DNA of 64,000 nt from Azolla caroliniana (taxonomy: Eukaryota > Plantae > Polypodiophyta). The number at the start of each line of letters is the position of its first letter. Within the stretch, counting starts at the first letter, position 1. The stretch is from NCBI GenBank assembly GCA_043228905.1, contig JBHGNT010000012.1, positions 5,022,001 through 5,086,000 on the forward strand, written 5' to 3'. The position numbers and the translations under genes were made by a program. This document shows, piece by piece, positions 49,301 through 60,490 of this stretch. The notes beneath the pieces were generated by a model. It was not told the DNA's origin. It made no database searches and was given only the letters and a program-made list of their open reading frames with translations.

Positions 49301-52140
49301 TATTCGCCTGGTCATATGAAGACATGCGAGGGCTGGACCCTCAATTATATCAGCATCAGATCCACTTAGGCAAGGACGCGAAACCAGTGGCGCAAAGACG
49401 TTACCGAATGAACCCCAACTACGCCGCCAAAGTGAAGGAGGAAATCGACAAACTCCTAAGAGTGGGCTTCATCCGGCCGGTAAAGAAAGCGACGTGGCTG
49501 AGCCCCATCGTCGTCGTCCCAAAGAAGAACGGTAAAATCCGCGTGTGTGTAGATTACAGGAAACTAAATGCAGCCACAATTACGGATGCATTCCCTCTTC
49601 CGTTCACGGATGGAGTACTGGATGCCGTCGCCGGCCATGAAGTTTATAGCTTTTTAGACGGGTTCAGCGGATACAATCAAATCCGGATGCACCCTGACGA
49701 CCAGGAGAAGACAACGTTCGTAACCGAATGGGGAGTGTTTGTGGCCGTAGTAATGATGTTCGGACTAAAAACGGCACCAGCAACTTTCCAGCGAATCATC
49801 ATGGAGATCTTCGGCGAATACATTCCAGCCTTCATGCAGGTTTTCCTGGATGACTTTGCAGTCTATAGCCGGGAAAAAGACCATTTGCAGCACCTACGGT
49901 TATGCCTTGAAAAGTGTAGGTTATACCGGCTAAGCTTAAACCCATCAAAATGCATCTTTGGGGTTTCAAGTGGAATATTACTGGGACACATTGTAAGTAA
50001 GGAGGGCATTGCGGTCGACCTGGACAAAGTAAACGCGATACTAGGGGCACCGGCGCCGAAAACGGCCAAAGCACTAAGCCGATTCTTAGGACAGATCCGG
50101 TGGCACAGCCGGATGCTCCGTCACTTGGCTGACTTGGCTACACCATTACACACCGCGGTACATCGGACACCGTTCCAATGGACGGATACGGAGGATAAGG
50201 CATACAATGCCCTGAAGGTACTTTTGTCGCAAGCACCCGTCGTGCAGCCTCCGGATTGGAGCAAGGAATTTCATGTGTTCGTTGACGCTTCCGACATCGC
50301 TATCGGCAGCGCCTTAATGCAACTTATGGAGCCTAAATGGTACCGGCCGGTATATTACGCCAGCCGGAAGCTGTCCCAAGCGGAGAAGAACTATTCGACG
50401 ACGGAACGGGAGGCCCTGGGCATGATCTACAGTGTAACAAAGTTTCGTCATTACCTATTGGGAAGGAAGTTCTCCTTTCATGTGGATCACTCGGCGCTCC
50501 TGTACTTAGTGTCCAAGGCGTCCCTGACCGGTAAGTTGGCCCGTTGGACCTTGCTGTTGCAGGAGTTCGAATTCGAGATCTTCCACCGGCCCGGTATCCA
50601 GCATGCCGTAGCAGACTACCTGAGCCGGTTAGAGTCCGGAGAATCAGGCGTCGGAGTATCGGATGAATTCCCGGACGCAGAGTTATTCCGTATCACCCCG
50701 GAAACGGCAGCGGTGGCATCAGAAGATAGGTGGCTGACAAACATGCACCAGTTCCTAAGCACGGGCCTGCCACCGGAGGAAATGAACCGGGACGAGAGGA
50801 AACGACTGGCGGTACAGAGCCGCAATTTCTGTCTGTTACGGGACACTCTCTACCACAAGGGAGCAGATGGAATATGGAGACGGGCAGTCCGTAGTGACGA
50901 GAAACAAGTAATCTTACGGGAAGCACACTGTGGGGTTGCCGGAGGACACTATGCCGGGGAAGCGACGGCAAGGAAAGTATGGCAGAGCGGCTTATGGTGG
51001 CCCACGACGTTAAAAGACGCCGTCAAGTATGCTAAGGAATGTGACCTATGCCAACGAATGGGCCAGCCTACGGAGCAAGCACGGATGCCACACCAACCGG
51101 TACTTCCACTAGAGCCATTCCAGAAGTGGGGGTTGGATTTTGTCGGACCGTTCAAGCCACCGGCAATGAGAACAGGTAATCGTTATGTCATCGTGGCAAC
51201 AGATTATTGCACTAAATGGGTGGAGGCTAAGGCCTTGAGAGACAACACCGCGTCATCCACAGCAAAATTCCTGTACGAAAACATTTGGTGCCGATATGGA
51301 TGTCCGATTGAATTAATCAGTGACCAAGGAGGGCACTTCCTCGGCCAGGTAGTTGAAAGCTTAACAACGTTCTATGCCGTGGTCCATAAACGGAGCACAC
51401 CGTACTACCCACAAGCAAACGGGTTAGCAGAGTCAACCAACAAAACGCTCTAGAACATTCTCCGCAAAATCGTCAATGAAAACCGGACGGACTGGGATAC
51501 AAAGCTCCATAGCGCGCTATGGGCGTACCGAACGGCATACAAAACAAGTATCCGGACAACGCCGTTCCGGTTAGCGTTCGGCTTAGAGGCGGTCATGCCG
51601 GTGGAATTTCAGGTACCAAGCTTACGGATCCAACTACGGGAACGGCTGAATGAAAAGGAGTCGGAGGAAATGCGGCTAGCAGCACTATGCGAACTGGAGG
51701 AGCAACGGCTTGCCAGCATCCTACACATGGAACTGGAGCAACGACGACGGAAAGCGTTCGTTGACCGTCACCGGAAAGGTAATGAGAAGATGTTCGAAAT
51801 CGGAAAGCCGGTGCTAGTATTCCAAACGAGGATGGGCAAGATGTCGGGTAAACTCCGGTTTAGATGGACAGGCCCGTATTGGCTGACACGGGAATACAAC
51901 GGGTCCTATCAGTTAGGGACACTTGCCGGTGAAGTGCTAGGCAAGTGGGTCAACGGATTTAGACTAAAGCCCTATAAAGGACCGATGCCAAGTAACCCGT
52001 TTATGCAGCCCACCGGCACTATACCGGGAACGGTACAGATGGAAGAAAAAGACGACGGGGAACCCGTAGCAGAGGCGAAGGAAGACACGGCAACCCGTAA
52101 GGAAAACGGTAAGGGTCCGAAGGGACCTATGGATGTGTAA
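46342..52140 (+). pseudogene. Single-frame gag-pol polyprotein (Gag, 3 CCHC knuckles, protease, RT, RNase H, integrase) with three nonsense codons
   Basis: ORFs at 46342, 48283 and 51595 share one frame. Motifs: VIDGGSGVN, FLDGFSGYNQI, FLDDF, DAS..TERE, WGLDFVGP, YYPQANG, RWTGPY. Stops are TAG 48133, TGA about 48262 and TAG 51451. Confidence 0.95.
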
Positions 52141-52155
52141 GATCACATATCGTCA

Positions 52156-52189
<34 letters not shown>

Positions 52190-52516
52190 TCATTAAAAAT
52201 CGAGGTATGAACGGACGTGAAAGCAAGGAGCGAAAAGGTACGTAGTGGGCATTTAAGAGCCACCACGTTACTTAATACTAAATTGGTACACGACGTGCGC
52301 ATGCTCGGAAAAGGCGCCAAGACGCACAGAGAAAAAGCAGAACGCATGCAGACCTTTTCATTTCGCGAGCCAAGAAGCACAGAAGCACCAAGGCGGTGGA
52401 AGCTTAGCAAACGCGAACTTGCACTCAGAGAACCCCCACGTTCGGAACTCTCTCTCTCTCGCTCTCACTCTCATCACCACTCTACCTCGCCATCTTTCCT
52501 TGACCTCGAAGCAGAC

Positions 52517-53587
52517 ATGGACCCACAAACGCTGTCGGAAGCGGCTAGGAAATGGCTCAGGCAACACGGACTGGATGGGTTCTTGACCATCATGGAGGCA
52601 CCACCGCACAAAGAAGCCGACCGGGTCATCAAGGAGCTCGACACAGAAGTCATCACCGAGGAAGCGATCCGTGCGCTAACAGGCCTTCCGGAGGGAGGTA
52701 TTTTTCAGATCGATAACCCAACCTCGGAGCAACTCATCCGATATTTCGGTGAGTACTCTCTAGCCGGCAAAGGCTATCGAACGCAGGGCGGCGAAGATCC
52801 GCTATTCAGGGAGATAGCTCGAGTGCTCCATGAGTACGGCCACGTGTACCCCCGACCCCCTGTCATGCCAAAAAATCGGGCAGGGATGATCATAGCCACC
52901 TATGAAGGGATCAAGGTGGATTGGCCGGTGTTGATTGCAGACGGTTTGTGCGCAGCAATCGACACGGTACGAGGAAAGGACGGCAAGGAGGGCCGGAAGC
53001 TGTGGCATGTCGTAGCTCAGTGGATAACATTGCTCGCGCCGCCGGTCGAGACCGTCCAGCCAAAGAAGCGGCCAAGATTATCGGAAGGAAGCACCTCGAA
53101 ACCCGCGTCCAAACGACAGCAGCTGCTGGCGTCGAAGGCGACGAAGGGGAAGAAACGGCTCCCAGAACCGGAGGAGGTGTCACCGGTCCGACCCGTTAAG
53201 ATAACCATACGGCGACCGGGACCGAAGGAACCGGAACCCTTGACGGCACAGATACATGCCGTTACCCAGGAAGAGGAAACGGAGGAGCCAGTAGAGCACC
53301 TCCAACGACGGTCAAGAAGTAGGACCGCCGGGACAGCGGGGGAGCGTTCGGACCCGCAAAAGGAAGAAACGCCCCCAACTCAACCTGAGCAAACCACAAG
53401 GGAGGAACCGGAACCGATGCGTATAGAACCGGCCTTGTCGACTTCTATACAAGTCATTCCAACGGCTCCGGAGACGGCGAGAACCGGAACTCAACAGCCG
53501 GCGAGCCCAGCCAGCGCACACAACGGCCAAGGAGTAGAGAACCAGAACGACACATACAGGCACTCAGGCCAGACAATTCCACAGTGA
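52517..53587 (+). CDS. Extra ORF, N-terminal part (plant-transposon / env-like-position domain plus P/E/T linker)
   Basis: First ATG after a CT-rich tract. ITEEAIRALTGLP and GIKVDWPVLI resemble motifs in accessory ORFs of plant retroelements. Confidence 0.65.
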   Translation: MDPQTLSEAARKWLRQHGLDGFLTIMEAPPHKEADRVIKELDTEVITEEAIRALTGLPEGGIFQIDNPTSEQLIRYFGEYSLAGKGYRTQGGEDPLFREIARVLHEYGHVYPRPPVMPKNRAGMIIATYEGIKVDWPVLIADGLCAAIDTVRGKDGKEGRKLWHVVAQWITLLAPPVETVQPKKRPRLSEGSTSKPASKRQQLLASKATKGKKRLPEPEEVSPVRPVKITIRRPGPKEPEPLTAQIHAVTQEEETEEPVEHLQRRSRSRTAGTAGERSDPQKEETPPTQPEQTTREEPEPMRIEPALSTSIQVIPTAPETARTGTQQPASPASAHNGQGVENQNDTYRHSGQTIPQ

Positions 53588-55068
53588 ACGAGCCGACCCA
53601 ACCAGTACAGCAGCAAGGCACCAGTAGCATGTGGCTACGGTGGGTAGGCGAGCAGATCGCCGGAGCGGTCGAGTACATAGAGGCGGAGGAGAGAGCGCAC
53701 CACGAACGGTTGCTCGTCACAACCGTAGATCTAGAGACGGCTTGGTCCAGAATCCGGAGCCTTGAACAAGACTTGGACAGGGTCACAAGGGAAATGGCTC
53801 AATTGGCTTTGACAACACAAGTCCAAGCACCGGTGACTCCGGGCTATGTACAGAATAAAGCGTCAGATCAACCTGTACATAGCAATCAGACCCCGGCAAC
53901 GGAAACCGTTCCGGAGAGAAATGCGGCACAAGCCCAAGAGCTTGCGGACTTAAAGGATGAGCTAGCTGCCCAAGAAGCGCTGAGGAGCCGCGAAAGAGAG
54001 TTGAAGACGGCAGCGGAGGCAGAACTCAAAAAGACTGCTGAGAATCTACGCCGGGCCGAGGAGAGCTTACGAAAAGGCCACCAAGCGTACGACCGGCTCA
54101 AGGAGGAAAAGGAGAAAATGCTGCAAGAGAAGGACAGGCTCCGGAGAAACGCCGAAACAGAAGTAGAGCGCCTGAAAGAGGAACTCCGGCAGCTAAAGGA
54201 CCGGGAGGACCGGAACCATCGCCAGATCAACGGCAAGCTCAAACAAAAAACGGAGGAATTTGAGCACTTGCACCGGGAGTATAAACGGTTGCAAACGGAG
54301 CACAAGGAACGGACGGATGAGCTCCGGGAAGCAGTTGATCGGACCGCAACGGCATACGCTAATGAACAAGCGGAAACCAGAAGATGGTTGGAAGAGGCGG
54401 AGAAGGTTCGGACAGAGCTCCTCAGGCAACAGCAGGCGGAAAAAGAAAGAGCGGCGGAGGTACTGCAGAGGCTGCAAACAACATATCAAGGGCAGCTGAC
54501 GCGCTACAGAGAGCAGGCGGAGGATACGGCTAATCTCATCAAGCAGTTGAAGGAGGAACGACAAGTTGTGGAAAGTAGAGCGCAAATGGGAGCAAGTCGC
54601 ATCCAGGATATCATGCGGGCCTGGTTGAACCAGACCAAGAGCTTGATTGACAACGGTTCCGTCAAATGGTGGACCAAGTGGGCCCCGAACGCGGTGGAAC
54701 TCCAATTGCTCCGGGCCGACGTAGAGAACCGGCGGAAGGAGGGAGATGATTGCTATATGCTGACTTCCGAAGACTTCACCGGCATAAGAGATGAGCTGGC
54801 CGAAGACTTTCAAGCCTTGGCAGAGGACCAACTAGGGCAAGTCCGGCAACTTGTAGCTCAGCTGGATGACGACAGGCTAGAGGCGCAGATCCAGTTTGAA
54901 AGCTACGAGAGGTCCCGGATCCGGGAAGAGAAAGCACGAGAACCGGTTACGGTCAACCTCAGTGATGAGGAACCGTTACTGGAAGGAGACCGGACCGGAA
55001 GCAGTCAAACGGGGATGCCGGAGTCAGAGAAACAAACGGAGCAGCCGCCTATAGAGCAGCCGGAGTAG
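53584..55068 (+). CDS. Extra ORF, C-terminal long coiled-coil part, probably continuous with 52517 via a frameshift
   Basis: 494-aa E/K/R/Q-rich helical ORF. Its frame is already open from about 53390, so it overlaps the upstream ORF. Confidence 0.7.
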   Translation: MNEPTQPVQQQGTSSMWLRWVGEQIAGAVEYIEAEERAHHERLLVTTVDLETAWSRIRSLEQDLDRVTREMAQLALTTQVQAPVTPGYVQNKASDQPVHSNQTPATETVPERNAAQAQELADLKDELAAQEALRSRERELKTAAEAELKKTAENLRRAEESLRKGHQAYDRLKEEKEKMLQEKDRLRRNAETEVERLKEELRQLKDREDRNHRQINGKLKQKTEEFEHLHREYKRLQTEHKERTDELREAVDRTATAYANEQAETRRWLEEAEKVRTELLRQQQAEKERAAEVLQRLQTTYQGQLTRYREQAEDTANLIKQLKEERQVVESRAQMGASRIQDIMRAWLNQTKSLIDNGSVKWWTKWAPNAVELQLLRADVENRRKEGDDCYMLTSEDFTGIRDELAEDFQALAEDQLGQVRQLVAQLDDDRLEAQIQFESYERSRIREEKAREPVTVNLSDEEPLLEGDRTGSSQTGMPESEKQTEQPPIEQPE

Positions 55069-55218
55069 TCTCAGTCCCAACCGCAACCACAGCAGCAACA
55101 ACAAGCACAGCCGCAACAACCACAACCGGAAGAACAATTGGAAACTCTGGAACAAAGTATTTTGGACAATTTGGGTGAACAATGAAGGGGCCGAGAAGGG
55201 TTCAACGTACAAGGTACT

Positions 55219-55235
55219 GTCCCACGGGCGTGCCA
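55219..55235 (-). promoter_or_regulatory. Inverted PBS-like site (tRNA-Arg(UCU)) in the position where the PPT is expected
   Basis: Plus strand GTCCCACGGGCGTGCCA lies 2 nt before the 3' LTR. The recalled tRNA-Arg(UCU) 3' end is GTCCCACCGGGCGTGCCA. Confidence 0.7.
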
Positions 55236-55932
55236 TGTGTTACCGGCCGGCAAGGAGTCCAAAATACGGAGTGAAGGAATTAATTAAGTATGGTTGTAAA
55301 TAAGCATAGTATGGACGGACGGACTAGAAACGGTATGCCGTTCCAGATCCGGACAGATCCCGAATAGGTGCGATAGGCACCGTTTTGTACTACGGGCCGG
55401 AAACCTATTTAAAGGCCCGGACCCCATTGTAATCGCAGCGGATAATTAATAGAGCGTATGGTGTTTATACTTCTGTGTTGATTTCCGTTCTGTAATTACT
55501 GTTATATCTTACGCGTGTAATTAACAAAAGCGCTCTAATCGTGTAACCTACTTAAGTCGGTGTAATCGTTGAGTCATAATCCTATGCCGTAATCACCCTT
55601 TGGTGAAGTGTCTCCGTGACACCTTGTGTTAGGCCTTGTCCGGTCAGAGAACAACATCTGGCCTTGTTCTTCAACTACCAATTCCTCCATTTGTTCTTCA
55701 TCCGAATCCGATTCAGGGTATTGACCAGTTTCGGTTGTCTGCTTCTTCTTCGGTCAGTCCGGTTCTTTTTCCGGATCCAACTGGTTCATCATGATCTTCG
55801 GCTCACATCCGGTTTCCGACCGTATGTATTCTTGCATCTTCTGATCGATCTCTGTCGATTGACCCGGAGTGCACTATCTTCCTCTCTGACTCCCAATCGG
55901 CAATAATCTTGTCTTCAATGAAGGCTATGTCT

Positions 55933-56209
55933 TGTTGAGAGACAAGCTCAACATCGGCCGGATCGGCTGAAGAAGCCGAGGACCGGATCGGTTGGGACCG
56001 ATCGGTTAGGCCGAGTGCGTAAACCGGGAGGTCGTTAGGAAAGATATTCCATGAGGAATATATTTGGGAGTTAGTGTAGGAGCTCTTAATGAGCATTGAA
56101 GTACTTTCAGTACTTCTGTCAGTCCTTCTAGGACTTGTATAAAAGTGTTCATTAAACACACATTTGTATAGAGAGTGGTGAATAGAGATTGTGTACTTCT
56201 GTTATATTT
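55933..56209 (+). repeat. Partial LTR of the same family as 56210-56666
   Basis: Both start TGTTGAGAGACAAGCTCAACATCGGCC and align over about 270 bp. Confidence 0.9.
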
Positions 56210-59200
56210 TGTTGAGAGACAAGCTCAACATCGGCCGGATTGGCTGAAGAAGCCGAGGACCGAATCGGTTGGGACCGATCGGTTAGGCCGAGTGCGTAAA
56301 CCGGTACGCAGACTGGTGCGTAGGTAGGGCCGGATTGGTGCGGAAACCGGGAGGCCGTTAAGAAAGATATTCCGTGAGGAATATATTTGGGAGTTAGTGT
56401 AGGAGCTCACAATGAGCATTGAAGTACTGTCAGTACTTCTGTCAGTCCTTCTAGGACTTGTATAAAACTGTTCATTGAACACACACATGCATAGAGTGTG
56501 GTGTATAGAGATTGTTTTTTTTTGTTGAATATAGTTCTTGTGTTCTCTCTCTCTCACCGTCTCTGTCTCTCCCGAGTATACTGCGTAAGCTCAAGCTCTC
56601 CATTAAACCTGAGTGTTCTTCCTTCTGTTCGGTCTTCATACTTGCTTCCGCATGCTACTTTCTACATGGTATCAGAGCGCGAGGGTTGAGAACCTCTCTG
56701 CAGCCGACACAGCTTGACGAAGAAGAACAAGAAGAACGATGGATAGAGGCATGGTGAGCTCGCTTCCAACAGAGAAGCTCGACAGAACCAACTACGCGTC
56801 TTGGTACTACAAGATGCACCAGTACCTACTCGGGCACGGCTACTGGAGTTATGTCGAAGGAGCTAATGACGCGGCACCCGAATCGACACACAGAGACTTC
56901 CCGTCGTGGGAGCAATCGGCGAGCAGGGTATTATACTGCTTTGCGTCGTGTGTGGGCGAACAACTATTGAGCTATGTTCGGGATGCAAAGACGCTGAAGA
57001 GTGCGTGGGAAAATCTGAAGAAGATTTTCGCCGCGAGCACTACAGCCAGGAAGCTTCAGCTCCGACAGGAGTTGAGCAACCTACGACAACGCGACTTGTC
57101 GGTGGTGGACTATACCTCGAAGATCAAGGATATCTGCAACTCCCTCGCCTCCATAGAGGTGAACATCGAGGAGAGTGAGATGGTCGAAATCTGTCTCGGA
57201 GGTTTGGCGTTGAAGTTCGGAGTGTTCCGAATGGCTGTGTGTACCCGGGAGAATACGCCGTCCTTTTTCAACTTACAGTCAATGCTCCTGGTAGAGGAGA
57301 ACCACGCGGGTGCGTCTACAAGCACGCACACCGACAACAGAATGTTGTACACGAAGGGAGATAGGCCCCGTGGACGTGGAGGACGAGGCGAGTCGGCGCG
57401 CAATGGAGGCGGCCGATGAGATCAAGGAAGAAGGCACCGAAGTGATGCCGACAGCAACTCTGGACCCTCCGGAAACAGGAGGAGTCGAAGCGATGAGAAC
57501 CGGCAAGGGAAGGCCATTGCGGAGTGCTGGTACTGTGGCAAGAAAGGCCACAGGGAAAGTGAATGTTGGAAGAAGCGCGCCGATTCGGAGAGAACCGGTT
57601 CCGGAAACGGCTCCGGACATACCGACAAGGGAAATCGGTAGCGATCGCACTACGCCGAAGACTCCGGGAGAGCCGGAGAAGGGTCTGCCTTCGTGACGAG
57701 ACACAAAGCAAACTCAATGAAACGAACCACCCCGAGATCGGACGAGGTTTGGTACGTAGACTCCGGCGCGTCAAACCACATGACGAGCCATAAGGAGTGG
57801 TTCTCGTACCTTGAAAAACCCAATACAACCTGGAGTAGTCGCAACTGGAGACGACACTCCGCATCCGATCGCGAATGTCGGAGAAGTTCCCCTTAGCCAT
57901 GTCGGGCAGAAAGGGAAACTCATGAACGTGTTGCACGTTCCGACAATCACGAAGAACTTGGTCTCGGTCGGACAGGTCGTCGACCAAGGGAAGGGATGGA
58001 GGTTCGGTTTACACACCTCGGGTGCTTCATTGAGGAAGAAGGCCGTGTGATTGCACAAAGCACAGAGACGGGAGGATGTTCATCCTCGACTCCACTGACG
58101 GCGGCACCGCAATGTTCGCGAAGGGACAAAAAGCCGAGTCGGACATCGACTTGTGGCACAAGCGGATAGGCTACGTCAACTACCAGCGGCTTCAAGATCT
58201 GCAATCGAAACAGGTAGTGTTCGGATTGCCCAAGTTTAGTGGCCGAAAGGGACAAATTTGTGAAGCCTGCTAGCTCGGGAAGCAACACCGACTTCCTTTC
58301 CCCAACGAGCGAAACCGGAGCCAGAACAAGCTCGACCTTATACACTCCGATGTGTGGGGGCTGGCACAAAATGTTAGTCTTGGCGGGAGCCGAGACTTCG
58401 TCTCCTTCATTGACGACCACACGCGGCACACGTGGACCTACCTCATTGAAAGGAAGAGCGAAGTCTTCGACTGTTTCCGGGACCTCAAAGGGTTCGTGGA
58501 AACGGAAACGGGACGAAAGATCAAGTGCCTGCGGTCGGATGGCGGGAAAGAGTACTTTTCTGGTCAATTCAACGGTTATCTACAACAAATGGGAATTCGG
58601 CGCGAATTCAGTTGTAGATACACGCCGGAGCAGAACGGCGTGGGCGAGAGAAAGAATCGGTCAGTTGTGGAAGCGGCACGGGCAATGCTGGAGGAGAAGA
58701 GCTTGCCCAAGTTCTACTGGGCCGAGGTGGTAAGGACCGCGGTATACATCCAGAACCGGATTGGAGACAAAGTGTCGGTGCACAAGCTATATTTCGGAAC
58801 GAAGCCAAACTTGCGACACTTGAGGGTGTTCGGTAGCATTGCGTATGTGCATTTACCGAAGGAGAAAAGGAGGAAGCTGGACGCAAAGGCCGAGAAATGC
58901 ATCTTGGTCGGTTACTCGGACGAGCAGAAGGGTTATAAGTGCTATAAACCTCGCACCAAACAAGCGCGTGTTAGCCGCGACGCTGTGTTTGACGAGTCCG
59001 CGTCCTAGTACCAGCCCCCGACTCCGAACCCCGACTCCAATCCGAGTTCTGACGATGAGGTCAACGAGGCCGAGATTCCTCCGGATGAGCCCGAAATCGA
59101 GACCCGTGAAGAGAGTCCGATTTCGCTCCGTTTAGGTGGACCGATTGGACGACTGAGTCGGTACGACCAGTCCGATGAAGAGCCGGCGAGTAGTGGAGAC

Positions 59201-60390
59201 TCGGCCGTGCATTCCCCGTGCAGGAAGCCGAGGAGACGGCTTACGCGCAAAGAAAAAGGGAAGAAGAAGGTGTCGGATTTCGGCACGGATAGGAACGAGT
59301 TAGACCGAAGTGAGTCTGACTCCGAGGGAACCGGTGATGGGTCTTTAAAGGTGAAGTCTGCGTCGACTGAGAAGGCCTCGACATCGGCTAATGCAAGGTT
59401 ACGCCGATCTACTCGCCAGAAGAATCCTGTTTTGCGGTTCGGATACAACGAGTACATGGCGCATCATTATGCGTACATAACCCGTGTAGCGGAAGTGCGT
59501 GAGCCGGAGAGCTATGCAGAAGCAGCTAAAGACGCGAATTGGCGTGCCGCGATGGAGGAAGAGATGCACGCATTGGCAGAGAACGAGACCTGGGACCTGG
59601 TTGACGCACCAAGAGGGGTAAAACCGATCGGGTGTAGGTGGGTGTACAAGGTCAAGTACAACACCGATGGCTCCGTTAACCGGTACAAGGCTCGGCTAGT
59701 GGCAAAGGGCTACGCGCAGAAACACGGCATCGACTACGATGAGACGTTTGCGCCGGTCGCGAAAATGACGACCGTCCGTGTTTTGCTCGCAGTAGTTGCG
59801 GCGAAGGGGTGGCACTTACATCAGATGGATGTAAAGAATGCGTTCCTGCAAGGTGACCTTGAGGAACAGGTGTACATGGTACAACCCCCTGGATTTCACT
59901 CCGGAACCAACTCCTTGGCAGTATGCCGACTGAAGAAGTCCCTTTACGGACTGAAGCAAGCCCCGTGTGTCTGGAACGCGAAGATCACGCAACAACTGCG
60001 TCGGATGGGCTTCATGACGACAAAATCGGACTCTTCCTTGTTCATCTAGAAAGGTCGACTCGGACCGGTTAGTATTTTACTGTATGTTGATGACTTGGTC
60101 GTCACCGGTGCCGACCTAGGTGAAATCGACCGCGTGAAGCTTCAGCTTGCGGCATCGTTCGACATGAAGGATCTGGGGGACCTTCATTACTTCCTCGGGA
60201 TCGAAGTGATCCGTACCCCCGAAGGCATATTGATCAGCCAAAGTCATTACGTGCTGGGTATGCTCTTCAAATTCGGGATGGCCGACTGTAAGTCCGTCTC
60301 GACTCCTCTGGACAGAACCGTCAAGCATCGTCCCGATACGGGAAAGGTATGCGACCCGACGAGGTTCCGACAAATTGTCCGAAGCCTCAT
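56210..60390 (+). mobile_element. Ty1/copia element (5' LTR 56210-56666, PBS-Met, gag-pol with stops and frameshifts) running into the gap
   Basis: TGGTATCAGAGC at 56667. Motifs: [53 protein letters not shown]. Related to the 19013-23830 element. Confidence 0.95.
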
Positions 60391-60490
60391 NNNNNNNNNN
60401 NNNNNNNNNNNNNNNNNNNNNNNNNNNNNNNNNNNNNNNNNNNNNNNNNNNNNNNNNNNNNNNNNNNNNNNNNNNNNNNNNNNNNNNNNN
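60391..60490. other. Assembly gap (100 N)
   Basis: Run of N. Confidence 1.

Larger units (their letters stand above)
45870..55656 (+). mobile_element. Young, full-length non-chromovirus Ty3/gypsy element (Athila/Tat-like RT) with an extra ORF
   Basis: LTRs 45870-46288 and 55238-55656 (419 bp, about 4 substitutions by eye); perfect TSD TCTGG. Confidence 0.98.
35907..55932 (-). mobile_element. Second copia family A copy, split into 35907-37274, 45061-45869 and 55657-55932
   Basis: 3' LTR at 35907-36419, then PPT, RNase H/RT and the integrase tail. All pieces are collinear with 475-2965. Confidence 0.92.

Noticed and set aside
52217-52516. N-terminal 100 aa of the 456-aa ORF call
   Set aside because: It has a GTG start and reads through a CT tract. 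The ATG at 52517 is the more plausible start.
46367-54831. Numerous antisense and alternate-frame ORFs
   Set aside because: These are shadow ORFs of GC-rich gag-pol and extra-ORF sequence.
52517-55068. True retroviral envelope gene
   Set aside because: No signal peptide, transmembrane helix or fusion-protein signature is visible.
55195-55235. tRNA gene or SINE
   Set aside because: Only the 3' 17 nt, plus a possibly chance GGGTTCAA, resemble a tRNA. There is no A box or cloverleaf.
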